A DNA stretch of 64,000 nt, from contig NC_058383.1 of assembly GCF_018350175.1 (NCBI RefSeq), positions 9,426,001-9,490,000 of the forward strand, read 5' to 3'. Positions 34,410 through 46,800 of the stretch are shown one piece after another. The position numbers and the translations under genes are program-made. How positions within the stretch are numbered: the stretch's first letter is position 1; the number at the start of each line of letters is the position of its first letter. Under the pieces are notes generated by a model. That model was not told the origin of the DNA and searched no databases. It saw only the letters and a list, made by a program, of their open reading frames with translations. This DNA is from Felis catus (taxonomy: Eukaryota).

Positions 34410-34728
34410 CCAAGGACCAGAGATTATTTAAAATTATTTACAGTCATTGAAAATAATGCGGAGGGGCTGGGCCCCAGCTCAGCTGAGAAGAGCCCCTTCT
34501 GTACAGCCACCAAGGGCCGGAGATGTTCACAAAACACAGGCCCTGGTCTCCCCTGACCACACGCCCTGGGGCCGGGGTGCTCCAGAGGGTGCGTCTGGGG
34601 CCTGGACCGGTCCCTCGGCCCACCTCCCGCGGCAAGAAATCAGCCAGGAGACTGGCAGAAGGGAGCGAGGAAGGTGATTACAGGGAGAAGCAAGTTTGTG
34701 GGGCTTGAGGGGCAGGGCCGGGCTGCCC

Positions 34729-34873
34729 CTAGCTCCACACGTCCAGGGAGTAGCGGCCCTTGGTCATCAGCTTCTTGATGTAGTCCACGGCCTGGGCGTG
34801 CTCCATGGCCCCCACCTCGGCCACAATGTCGTAGAAGGTGTTCTGCACATCCCTTGCCATGTTCCGAGCATCC
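34729..34873 (-). CDS. POR: POR last coding exon
   Basis: [47 protein letters not shown]. Confidence 0.96.
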
Positions 34874-37800
34874 CTGGGGCAGGATGGAGGTGGCACTGGG
34901 CAAGGGGCCCCCCCAACCCCGGGCAGGCAAACCCCACCCCGCCCCTCCCCTCCTCTGCCCCCACTCACCCGCAGACGTAGATGTGGGCGCCCCCCTCGTG
35001 GATCAGCTTCCACAGGTGCTCCTTGTCCCTCTTCAGTAAGTGCTGCACGTAGACCTGGGGTGGGGGGGGGAGGGGTGGGCAGAGGTGGCACGGTGACGAG
35101 GCGGGTCCCGCGGCCCTGAGGCCCAGCCCAGAGGGGCCGCCCGAGGCCTCACCTTGTGGGGCTGCTCCCGAGAGAAGGCCACGTTGAGCTGGGTGAGGGA
35201 GCCGTCCTTGTGGAACTGAGTCAGCTCTTCGCGGTACAGATAGTCCTCGTCAGACCGGCGGCAGCCGTAGTAGAGCAGCGTCTCCCCCACATCCTTGCCT
35301 GGGGCGGTGAGCAGGGGTGAGCAGGTACCCAGGCACACGGAACCCCACGGAACCCCACCCCATGCCCACACACTTACCCTGCTGCCGCAGCCAGGCCCGC
35401 TCCTGGATGAAGCCTATGAAGGGTGCCACCCCTGTGCCAGGGCCCACCATGATGACAGGGGTGGTGGCCTTGAAGGGCAGGCGGAACTGGGACTTGCGCA
35501 CAAACATGGGCACCAGGGCCCGGCGGCCGTTCTCCCCTGCAGGCTCCTTGGCCCGTAGCCAGCTGGTGGCCACCCCCTTGTTGATGCGGCCAGACTTGGT
35601 CTCGTACTCTACCGCCACGGCACAGATGTGCACAGAGTTGGGGTGGACCTGGTGGGAGTGGGGCAGGGGTGAGGACACCTGAGGCCCTTCTCTCCTGCCC
35701 CCCTGGCCCTGTCACCCCAGCCTCCTCAGCACGGGGGCTCTTCTCACCCTTCCTGGTGCCCAAACCTCGAAAGCCCCTTTCCAGCAGCTGTCCTGGCTGG
35801 CTCTCAACACCAGTAGAGAGCCGTTTGCAGTCTCGTGGTCCAGCCCGCTGGACATGAGGCACTTGGGGCAGAGCTGGGGCCACAGCTCAGGGCACCCATC
35901 GGCTGTGCCCTCCCTACGTGGGCTGGGCCTCGCACCTTGGAGGATGAGGCGATGGAGTAGTAGCGGGCCTGGAGACGAGGCAGCAGCTCACACAGGTGGT
36001 CGATGGGGGGCCGCAGGGACGGGTAATCCTGCAGGATGGCCAGGATGTGCCGCCGAGCCTCCACCACCCAGCTCAGGTACAGCTCCTGGGGAAGGCCAAA
36101 TGCGGGGTGAGACCTGGGGGGGAGTGAGGGGAGGCGCCGTGGCCCAGGTGACAGGGCTGAGGTGGTGGCTCCCCAGGTGCGGCGGCAGCAGGCCTACCTT
36201 GCCCTCGCCCGAGGAGGACGCCATCTTGCGCAAGTGCTCCTGCTCAGAGGGCTCCGAGGCGTACTGTGCCAGCTCGTAGAGCACATTGGTGCGTGGCGGG
36301 TTGGTGATGTCCAGGTAGTAGGTGAGGGCCGTGCGGTACGAGGTGGGGCAGGGGAAGGGGTGCTTCTTGTTGGACTCCTCTGCAGGGAGAGGGGAAAAGC
36401 ATTTGGGGTTAGTGGCCGATGCCCAGCTAGTCTGTTCCAGAACCTGGAATCGTGGGGTCTTGTGTCTGAGGGCCACGAGGGCACCAGGGCTTTGGGCTTA
36501 AGCAGCTCAACCTATCTACGGCTTTGCCAGGGGCCCATTCCTGCCGGCTGCCTCGGGTCCCGGGCTGGAGGGCAGGCAGCCTCGATTCCAGGACTCACCG
36601 TCCAGATTGTTCAGGGACATGATGACGTCCAGGTCAGCACCCAAGATCTTGCCGAGCTGGCTGACCAGGGCAGAGTCATTGGCTGGGTAAACGGCCACAT
36701 GGTCCCCAGATTCATACCTAGGGTTGGTGGGGGGGTGGATTCGAGGCTCAGGAGGGGGTGGAAGGCAGGGCCCGGAAGCTCTGAGAGGGGTGGGTTGGGG
36801 GAGGGGGTGGCTGCCAGCACCTGAGTTTGGAGTCTGAGATGTCTAATTCCAGGTGCATGAGGTGTCGCTCAGTTCCCTGGTTCAGCTTCCGGTTGGTGGT
36901 GACCTCAGCCAAGAACGGATTCTTGGCATCAAAGGGGCTGGGTGGGAAAGAGAGCAGCTCAGTGATTGGCCAGGCCCTCAATCTGAATCTCCCTGCCCCC
37001 AAGGGACCCTTCTGGTTTCACAGAACACAGGGAACCTTAGAGCCAGCCTCCCAGGGCCCCAGGAAACCTCTCCAATTATGTAAAAGGTTCTCCCAACCAG
37101 ATTCAAGGCAGTGCCCCCAGTGACCCCCAGAAGTGGGCAGAGCTAGGTTATCAGTGTCTCCATTTACAGATAAGGAAACTGAAGCCGGTTCCTAAATGTG
37201 GGGGAGACCCTTCACCCACTACCTGTTTGTGGGCTGAGTGCACAGGAGGACCAGGCCCCTTGTAGATGGCTCCCTACGACAGAAGGTGCCTGGGTCCTGC
37301 CTGCACAGTCACTGAAATGTTGGGTTTCCTGTTAAAGCAGGGCCACTGGTCTTAAATCCTCAGGGTGTTAGGGGGACTTTTTCCTGGGTGGCTCCAGGAA
37401 TCTGGGCACCACCCCGGGGTAAGGCAAGTCAGGGGCCCAAGAGAGGAATGCTGTTTTTGGATAAAAAGTCCAAATACTGAGGCAGGTTTTAAGAAAGTGA
37501 GTCCTTCCTGCCAGGGTTCAACCCGGACCCACAGCCATACTCCGGATGTCCTGCTCCAGGCACTGGTAGGGGCCTCCCCACCCCCGGATACTTAGAGCAA
37601 AATGTCACATTAAGTACAAACTGAGCAAGTGTCTGTCTCCTGGTGGCCGCGCCCTGGCCTGAGGGACCCCTGGGAGAGAGGCAGGGGGCAGGGCCTAGGT
37701 GTGGGCCCGCCTCTGTTCCTCTGCTCTGGGCCTTACGCCCTCCCGTGTGGTGGAGGTGAAGTCATGGGTGCTCCCACCCACACCCACTCACGGGCAAGGG

Positions 37801-40800
37801 CCTGCAGGGACTCACAGGACTGCCAGCCATTGGGGGCACCCACGGCCACAGGCCCCCAACCGTGCTCCCTACTCACGGTTTCTGGTTCTCGTAGCTCTTC
37901 AGTCGGCCCATCTCTCCCATGTACACCTTGGCCACGTCTATGTCTGTGTGGACCACGAGCTCGTACTGGCGAATGCTGGCAAGGGGAGACAGGGTGAGGT
38001 GGGGAGGGTCCGGAGGATGGTGGGAGGGCTGGGGTGCTGCAGGCTTCGAGGCGATTCTGGGAGAAGGTGAGGAAAGCCCCCCCAGTGCCCGTCCCTTCCA
38101 GGCAAAGCCCAAGTGCCTTAACGCAGGACCCAGGACCCCCTAGTCCTGTGACTGAGCATCTGCCAGCTTCTCCTGGCGTCCCCACCGGAACCCAGCGGGC
38201 CAGGTCTCCCACCCCGTGTGCGGACACACACTCACCTGGACTCCTCTCCGGTGGCTTCCACCCCAAAGTGTTCGCACACGGCCGGCCAGAACTGCTCTCG
38301 CCACGTGATGAAGTCCTCCTCCAGGCTGGCGGGAGGAGGGAATGAGGCCGGCCCCAGGGAGCCCCTCTCCCCGCCCAGCCCGAGGAGCCCCCTGGGATGG
38401 GGCCCGAGCCACCAGGTGGCATTTGGGGTGTCTGTGCTAAGCAGGGGTGCTGGGAGCCCAGAGGATGTAGAAAAGTGAGGGGGGGATGGCGCCGGCCTTC
38501 CCTTGCCCTCGGTGATGCCTGTACAGGTGGCTTTGCGCTCCCCTCACGTGCCAGAGTCGGCCCTGACCCTGTGGGTTCCCCAGACATGCCGGCCGGGGTC
38601 GGGGCTCCAGGGAGGGGGGCCCGGGCACTCACTTCCCATCGTCATCGCCCATCCCCAGCTCGAAGATCCGCTGGGCGCCGAGCTGCTCCAGCCGCTTGTC
38701 CACATACTTGCCCATGGCATTGAAGTGCTCGTAGGTCTTGTTCCCGAGACCAAACACCTGTGTGGACCCAGGGACGGGTTTGAGGCCTGGTCAGCGGTTA
38801 GGGGTGGGTTTCCCCCATGCCCCCCAAGGGTACACCGCACCCGTGGGCCTCTATATCCTCCAGACAACTTGCACTGTGAGGCGGGCCACCTCTGGCCCCC
38901 GGAAGTGGCTTTGTTTCAATGGCATGTGGCCCCTAGGCCTCGACCCTGGGCGGCCAGCAGGGTCAATTCACCCTCCCCGCCCGGTGTTCCTGGCCCGGCC
39001 TACAGCGGTCAGCCTGCTGCACCCTTCTTGTCTTTGGTCTACCGCAAATAGTGCCCCCGGAAGCAAAGCGGGGCTGGGGACCCGGGAGCAGGGACTGTCA
39101 GCACTGGGGCCCAGGGCAGAAGAGAGGCCTGACCTGTGAGCAGCCCTCCCTGCCGGGTCCCCCGCTCTAAGCCTCTGTTCTGACACCTTGGCCTGCCCTG
39201 GCTCATCAGGACAAGGTGGGAACTGAGGGTCCAGAGGCACCGTAAGGTGCAGAAGCCATGGGAGAGAAGATGGGGAGGCTCACCGCATACTTGACTCCGG
39301 AGAGGTCCATATCCGTCTCCTGGAGCCAGTCGTAGAAGTCCTGTGCGTTGTCCGTGGGGTCCCCCTCACCATAGGTGGCCATGCAGAACACCGCCAGGGA
39401 GTTCTCGATCTCCGGCAGGCTGCCCAGGTCGGCCTGGAGAGACAAGAGCAGGGCCCGGGCCCAGCGACCGTGACTGAGCCTATGTCAGGGGTGTGCCTGA
39501 TGGGATGCAGACAGGAGAGCCCAGGCCCTGCCCAGGGCGGCTGCTGTGGGATGGGAGGGAACGATTCCGTTGGGAAGGGGCACCAGCAGTCGGAGAAGGC
39601 TGCATGGAGGGGGCTGACATTTGAACCAGTGCCTTTCCAAAGGAAAGGGAACAGCAGGCACAAAAGAACACGTGTAAGGGCCTGGGTGTTGACAGGCAGA
39701 AGCAGGCTGGGCTCTGGGCCACCAGCCAGCGCGCAGAACGTGATTCTGTGCACCGGGCCCTGGGGGAGAACCTCATGGTCCCACAACGTCCTGGGACCAC
39801 AGCAGGGCCTGGGCTCTCGCAAATTCCTAACCAGCTACTGGCTAACTTAAAACCCAGGTCTGCGGACAGACGGGCGGCGGTGCCGGTCCCCAAGACCCAA
39901 GGGTGGGGGTGGAGCGGGTGGGGGACAGTTGGGGTTTGGGAGACAGAAGAGCTCGTGTGGTGAACTCAGGAGAGACTGGTTTTGGGGGAAAGTACATCTG
40001 GCAGCAGCCCCATCAGGGGAGGAGAAAGATGGCAACTAGGACCTCCTGCCCGTCAGCCTCTTCCCTTACTGTCCACCGCGTCTCTGTGGGGCTGGTGGCC
40101 TGGCTGTCATTAGCTCCCTGACCCAGAAAGGGGCAAGCAGACGGCTAGAAGTTTCTTGGGCTTTTGAGAGCTGCTTCCATGTTAGGGGAAGGACAGAGAA
40201 CCGATCCCTTGAGGACAGTGAGCAAGGTGAGCCTGTCCCTCGGCGCCACGCTGGGGGCAGAGCACCTGGAAGGGACACTGAGTCCTTCAGACTGAGTCCA
40301 GTGGTAGCCGGAGGGAGCGACAGGTCCACGGCAAATGGGGGCCTCTACCCCCAAACCTCAGGCTCCCCGGGCCCCTCCCCAAGTGGCCAGACACACCAGT
40401 TAATGCAGCCTCATTTCAAAGCCCAGTGAAGGGCTCCCTGAGATGGCTGCAGGGGGGTGGAGGGAGAAGCGGAGACCCCTCCTCCCCAGACTGCTGAGAC
40501 CCCTTCATTAACAGGCCACGCCCCCCTCCCGTACTTGCATCCCCTCGCCCCGCCCTCCCCGCCCAGAGCCGAGCTGGGAAGGCTGAGCGTGGGCGGTGCC
40601 AGGCGCCCACGCACATGCCTGGGGCCAGCTGGCTGCCTGGACAAACGACAGGAGAGGCCCGTCCGCGTCCGTCCCTGTGGCTGACTCGCCCTTTACACAC
40701 GTCCACGATCCGGATGCCGTGGTCAGTGCTACTGGGGGAGCCAGGAGAAGGGTCGGGAGTGGGGACTACTCACCAAGTCATACTCCTCAGGGTCTGCAGC

Positions 40801-43800
40801 CATGCCCCGCATCCCGTAGCGGTGCGCGTCCTTGGACAAGCGGTTGGCAAACTCTTCCGCCGTCCCCGTCTGGGAGCCGTAGAACACGATGATGTTCCTG
40901 CCCTAGGGAAGGCCAGACACGTGGGGTCAGTGAGGGACCAAGAGCCCAGAGGCTTCTCCAGAGACTCTAGGTGGCCATAGGGAGGGCTAGGCAGGTGAGG
41001 TCTTTCCAAGGCATCCTCTTCCTTCCTGCCCCAAGTCTTCCTAAGTCACTCCGGGGCTATCATCCCACTGCCCTAGCTACTGTGGAGGACAGTGACAAAG
41101 GCCACCCAGACATGCAGCTGCTCAAGGTCACACTTTGGACAGATTTTTAAAGGACACGTTAAAAAGCACAATGTAATGTTCAGTAAAAAAAAAGACCAAA
41201 CAGTATTCTAGTGTAATCCAATTTTGTTCTCTATGCACAATGGTGTCCATATATACATTTATACACACACACGCACAAGCGAAAAAAAAATCTAGCAAGA
41301 AGTATACCAAGAGTCTCCAAATGGAGAATTATGGGTAAGTTTTTCTGAATTCCTATTCTTTATAAAAATCTAGACAAAAGGAAAGGTGCCCAATGGGCTG
41401 GCTCCCACATTCTTCATTCCACCCTCCTCCTCCTGTGGCCTCTACAGCTGGAACTCTACTCCCCAGACTCTCAAGGTGGGGCAGCAAATTTGGCCCAGCC
41501 AATCAACGTGCTTTACGAGGTCTGGAAGGTGGAAGTGAGGTACAGGCCACCTTCTGGTCCCTTTATGTAGCCATGAGGTTTCTCAGCAGTAGGATTTCAG
41601 TGCCCTGACCCCTAGAGGGGTCTCTGATTTTTGCATGGAGCCCTACATATAGGTACAAAGGAAAAAAAAAAATGTATGGATTATAATTGCTTTAAAATGT
41701 CTGCATACCTTTTACATTTCCTGAATTTTCTACCAATCATTTAAAAAGGTATTTTACTTAATTAAAAATTTTTTTTTCTAATGTTTATTTTTGAGACAGA
41801 GCGTGAGCTGGGGAGGGGCAGAGAGAGAGAGGGAGACACAGAATCCAAAGCAGGCTCCAGGCTCTGAGCTGTCAGCACGGAGCCCGACGCCATGAACCAC
41901 AAGATCATGACCTGAGCCGAAGTCGGACACTTAACGGACTGAGCCACTCAGGCACCCCTAAAAAGTTATTTTAAAATAATCACTTACAAAAACTACTTTA
42001 TAAAAAAGAAAGGCTTATAGAATATCAGTCTAAGGGGACAAAACAGGATATAAAATAGCAGCTAAATGTTTATAGCGGCATCAAAACATATGAAGAACTT
42101 CAAAATAAGCCTTAAAAGGAGCGCCGGGTAGTTCAGCCAGTTAAACGTCCGACTCTTGGTTTTGCCTCCGGTCACGATCTCAAGGTTTGTGGGTTCAAGT
42201 CCCATGCGGGCTCCACACCAGCAGTGCGGACGCTGCTTGTGATTTTTCTCTCACACTCTCTCTCTGCCCCTCCCCTACTCTTTCTCTCTCAAAATAAACT
42301 TAAAAAAAAATTAAGCCTTAGGAGGAACCTGCAAGAAGTTACGGATAAAGGGTTCAACCACAGGGAAAGGCCCTGGGTTTGCAGGGGAAGTCTCAACATA
42401 GAAGAGGTCCAGTTCTCCGTTATCAATCCAGAAATGCAACACGAGCTGGCAAAAAATCTGAACAGCTCTTTTTACTTCCTCAAAGTGATATCAAAAAATA
42501 AATATAAATTCATCCGCTGGAACAGGATTGAGCAGCGAAAAGGAACGAAGTGCTGATGTGCAACACAGACCGGACAAACCCTGAAGACGTGATACTAAGT
42601 GAATGATTCCACTTATATGAAATGTCCTAAACCGGCAACTCTATAAGGGATGCAGGCAATTAGTAAAGTGGACGAGCGGTTGCTTTGGGCTGTGGGTGGG
42701 GGTTAGGAATTAGTGGGAAGTGGCTGCTAATGGCTATGGGGTGGCCATCTGGGGTGCTGAAGAGGTTCTAAAGCAGTGGTGATGGTTTGCATAAATCTGG
42801 GAAAACGTTGAAAAACACTGAAGGATATGCTTTTTTTTTTTTTTAATCTGAGAGAGCGAGTGCAGTGGAGAGGGGCAGAGGGAGACAGAGAATCCCACGC
42901 AGGCTTCTCGCTCAGCACAGAGCCCAACGTGGGGCTCGATCTCATGAACCATGAGACCATGACCTGAGCCGAAATCAAGAATCAGACGCTTGACTGACTG
43001 AGCCCCCCAGGCGCCCTGAAGTGTATACTTACTTTAAAAGGGTGACCTGTGTGGAATGCACGCTGTCTCATTAAAGCTGTTACCCCAAATGCATACATAT
43101 GAAATAATGGCCAGGAAAAGGGGGAGAGTTGTGGGGGTGGGGCAGAGCCCAGCAGTAAGGATGATCAAAATAAGCTTTCTAAAACCTCAGTAACTGAAAC
43201 TGTAGGATACTGAACACAGAAAGCCAGATCAAAGCACTGGGACAGGAAAATCTAGAAAAAGGTCCAAATACATACGGGAATTATGTATTTGATAAAAGCA
43301 GTGGAGAAAAGGCGGGTGCTACTACACGGAACTGAGCGGTGCACAAAAAGGAGCCGGATCCATGCTGCGCGGCTGACGCCGGGATAAACTCCCAGCAGAC
43401 TGAACGTTAATTATGAACCAAGGAAAAAGTACTAGGAAGCACCAGAAGAAAACGTGCAAGAATTCTTTCATCTCCTTAGAGTCAATGACTCCAAGTCCAG
43501 GAGTCGCAGGAAGAACAATAAAGTGCACTGTGTAACTTGTACACACACACACACACAACGCCAGGTGAAAACACAAACTACTAACTGGGGAAAATATCTT
43601 TAACTCGTGTCACAAACAAGGGGTTAATCTCCCTAAAATGTTAAGGAATTCCTCGAGAAGGCTCAATCCCAACAGAAAAGTGGGCAAAAGAGTTGACCAG
43701 AGAGGGGGCGCCTGGGTGGCTCAGTCAGTGAAGCATCTGACGCTTGGTTATGGTCATGATCTCACGGTTTGTGAGATCAAACCCCAAGTTGGGCTCTGCG

Positions 43801-46800
43801 TTGACATTGTGGAGCCTGCTTGGGATTCTCTCGGCCCCTCCCCTGCTCTTGCTCTCTCTCTAAAATAAATAAACTTAAAAAAAAAAAAGATTTGAACAGA
43901 GAATCCATAAAGAAAGAAATGTTATCATCAGCTACAAAAACCTGCTGAAATGCATTCATAAGGAAAATGCAAATCAGAAGTGCACAGGGATATCCGCTTT
44001 TAACCTAGAAAACTGGCACCCCCCCCTCCCCGATTCACCGACTCGGGCGATACGCTCTACTGGCAAGGCTTTGGGGCAACAGGTTTTCTCACACACGGCT
44101 AACGAGAGTGCCCTGGTGTGAGCCGGGGTCGGGGGAGGGACAATCTGGCAGCTTCTATCACACTACAAATGCACACACCTCTGGGTCCAGCGATTCTACT
44201 TCTGGGATTTTATCGTATTAGCAGATGTGGAAATTGGCCTAGAGTCAGAGCAGCATCGTTTGTAAGAGGTGGAAGTTAGGAACAGTCCGAGTGCCCACTG
44301 GCAGGGCAGTGTCCAAACAAATTCTAGGATTCACGGTCACAGGATGAAATCACTACGCAGCTACAGTAAGGAACGAGGGCGGGGTCTCTGAATCGCTAGG
44401 GAAGAGACGCCAACATAGATCAGCCAAAAAAAAAAAAAAACACGGTTTATAACCGTGTACGTAATAGGCCAGCTTTTGTGTTTTAAAAAGATGTAAAATG
44501 AGAATCTGGGATTTTTCCCCCCGCGGGTGCATTAAGAAGCTCTAGAAGGATCCATAAAATACTAACAACGATGATGAGTGGCAGGAGAGAGGCTTTCCCC
44601 TGAATAGTTTGGGATTCTGATCATGCGCATGAGGTACTTTCTCGTAACATGTAACAAACAGAACCGGATCAGGCTGTAGCTGCGCTCCGGCCACAGCTAT
44701 GTGAGGTCTCCGTCTGCTCGTGGGCAGAGCCTGGACCGGGAGGGAGGACGAGGGACGGTCCCCAGAGTCAGAGCGAGGGGAGACCCTTACAGTCTGGTTT
44801 GTTCACCAAGTAAACATCGGAGGGTAAACTGTCCCAGGAAAGCAGAGCACCTTTGACGCTCTGGTTAGATGAGAATGTTCTAGACCGCTCTTCCCTCCGC
44901 TCCAGTGAAGCCGGCCTTCTGCTGGACCTCCCTCCCCCGGCTGCCAGGGCCGCGACCCCCCGCAAAGAGCACACGCAGAAAACTCACCGTCTTCTTCATC
45001 TTTTCCACAAAGCTGCTGTCTTTGACAGAGGAGGTTCTGAAAAACAGAAGTAGCTGATGGGCAGGGGGCACATGTGGCAGCATGGAGGGGAGCCCCAGCT
45101 CCGGCCCGAGCCGCTCTGCGGTGACCACGCCAGCCGCGCCTCCGGCTGGGGGACAGGACCCTGGGCGGGGCCTCCCCGTGTCCTCTACGGCAGGCCCGAA
45201 GCCTCTGGAGACACCACCACCTTCAGAGCCAGGACCTGCGGCCCCAGACAGAGGAGAACGAGGGTGGAGGGCTTGACTCCCATCCCGTGCCATCCAGCCA
45301 ACAGTTCCGATGGCCCGGTCACCCCTCTGATCCCCACAGGCTCCCAGGGCCACAGACCGGGACAGGCAAGTCCCTTCAGAAGCTGTCCCAGCCTCGCCTG
45401 ACATTCTGCTCCACACTCGGATGCACCGATTTATATGCCGCTCCCTCGTGATGGCCCTCAGCATTCGGTCCCACCGCGGCCTCCAGCCACTTCCTCTGCT
45501 GACAGACCCCTGCTCCACCCCTGAACCCCCTTTCCGTCCCCCACACTGGGCCACATTACCTGTTCCCTCCTCTGTGCCCATGGCACCTTCTAAAGCCCCA
45601 GACCTCGTCCTCTCCAGAGAGGAGCCCGTCTACTCTCCACTCCCTGCTGCTGGCCTCGTGCCCACTCCCTCCCATTTCCTATCCTTTCCCTTCTCTCTCT
45701 CCCTGCCCCAGGCCTGCAGGGCCAGGTAAAGATGCCCAGTGAGCCGCGCCAGGGACTCTCAGGCCTATGCCAGCAAGGTGCAAAAAACATACCTTTCTCT
45801 GAACGGCCAATCTTTAGATTGTGTGAAATACAGCCCGTCTAAGATATGGCTGTCTCCATTCAAAACAAAATGAGTAATGGGGCACCTGGGTGGCTCAGTC
45901 AGTTAAGTGTCCGACTTTGGCTCAGGTCATGATCTCACAATCCGTGAGTTTGAGCCCCACGTCGGGCTCTGTGCTGACAGCTCAGAGCCCGGAGCCTGCT
46001 TTGGATTCTGTGTCTTTCTCTCTTTCTCTGCCCCTCCTCTGCTCTCTCTCTCTCAAATATGAACAAACACTAAAAAAATAAAAATGAAAAAAAACCACGA
46101 CACGATTAAGGAAATGAAAGGCAAGCCACAGCATGGGACAAGATGTTTGCAACTTATGTCTATCTGACAAAGGACTTGAGCTGAGAATCTCAGGAATCCC
46201 TACACGTCAATTAGGGAAAGATGAATAATCCAACGGAAAAACTGTCAAAAGACTTGAACACTTTCCTTTTTATTTATTTTTTTAAGATTTTAAGTAATCT
46301 CTACACCCAGTGTGGGGCTCGAACTCACAACCCCGAGATTGAAAGTCATGTGTTCTTCCAACTGAGCCAGCCAGGCGCCCCTTGAACAAGCGCTTTCTGA
46401 AAGACAGTCTCTAAATGGCCAAAGGACATATGGGAAGGTGCTGGACGTTAGTAGTAATCAGAGAAACGGAAAACAAAACCCCAGTGAGATCTACTGCACA
46501 CGCACCAGAATGGCTACCACGGGAGAGATGGAGCCCATCACGTGCAGGCAGAGCTCTGGTGGGGAGCACAGCACGGCCCAGCTGCCCTGGAACACCGTCC
46601 GGCAGTATCTCCTTAAACCTACAACCCGGCAATTCAGTCCCTGGTAGACAGCGGGCAGAGCACCTTGGTGCCTGTGCACCAAAAGCTGTGCATAGAAGGT
46701 TCCAGCAGCGTTAGACACGCGGGTGCCAAACAGGAAACAACCCTAATGATGTCCATCCGCAGGAGGACAAACAAACAGTGGCACATTTACACGATGGAAT

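Larger units (their letters stand above)
42530..44500 (+). mobile_element. Old L1 fragments in POR intron, interrupted by SINEs
   Basis: L1-like motifs (gattccacttatatgaaatgtcc; aggaaaatgcaaatcaga; cagcgattctacttctgggatttt). Confidence 0.55.

Noticed and set aside
37733..38632. 299-aa ORF overlapping POR exons
   Set aside because: Off-frame read through GC-rich exons and introns; it starts at a splice-donor GTG.
41122..41130. Perfect TCAAGGTCA (SF-1/ERR) site in a POR intron
   Set aside because: A single 9-mer is expected by chance roughly once per 130 kb of double-stranded DNA, and there is no supporting context.
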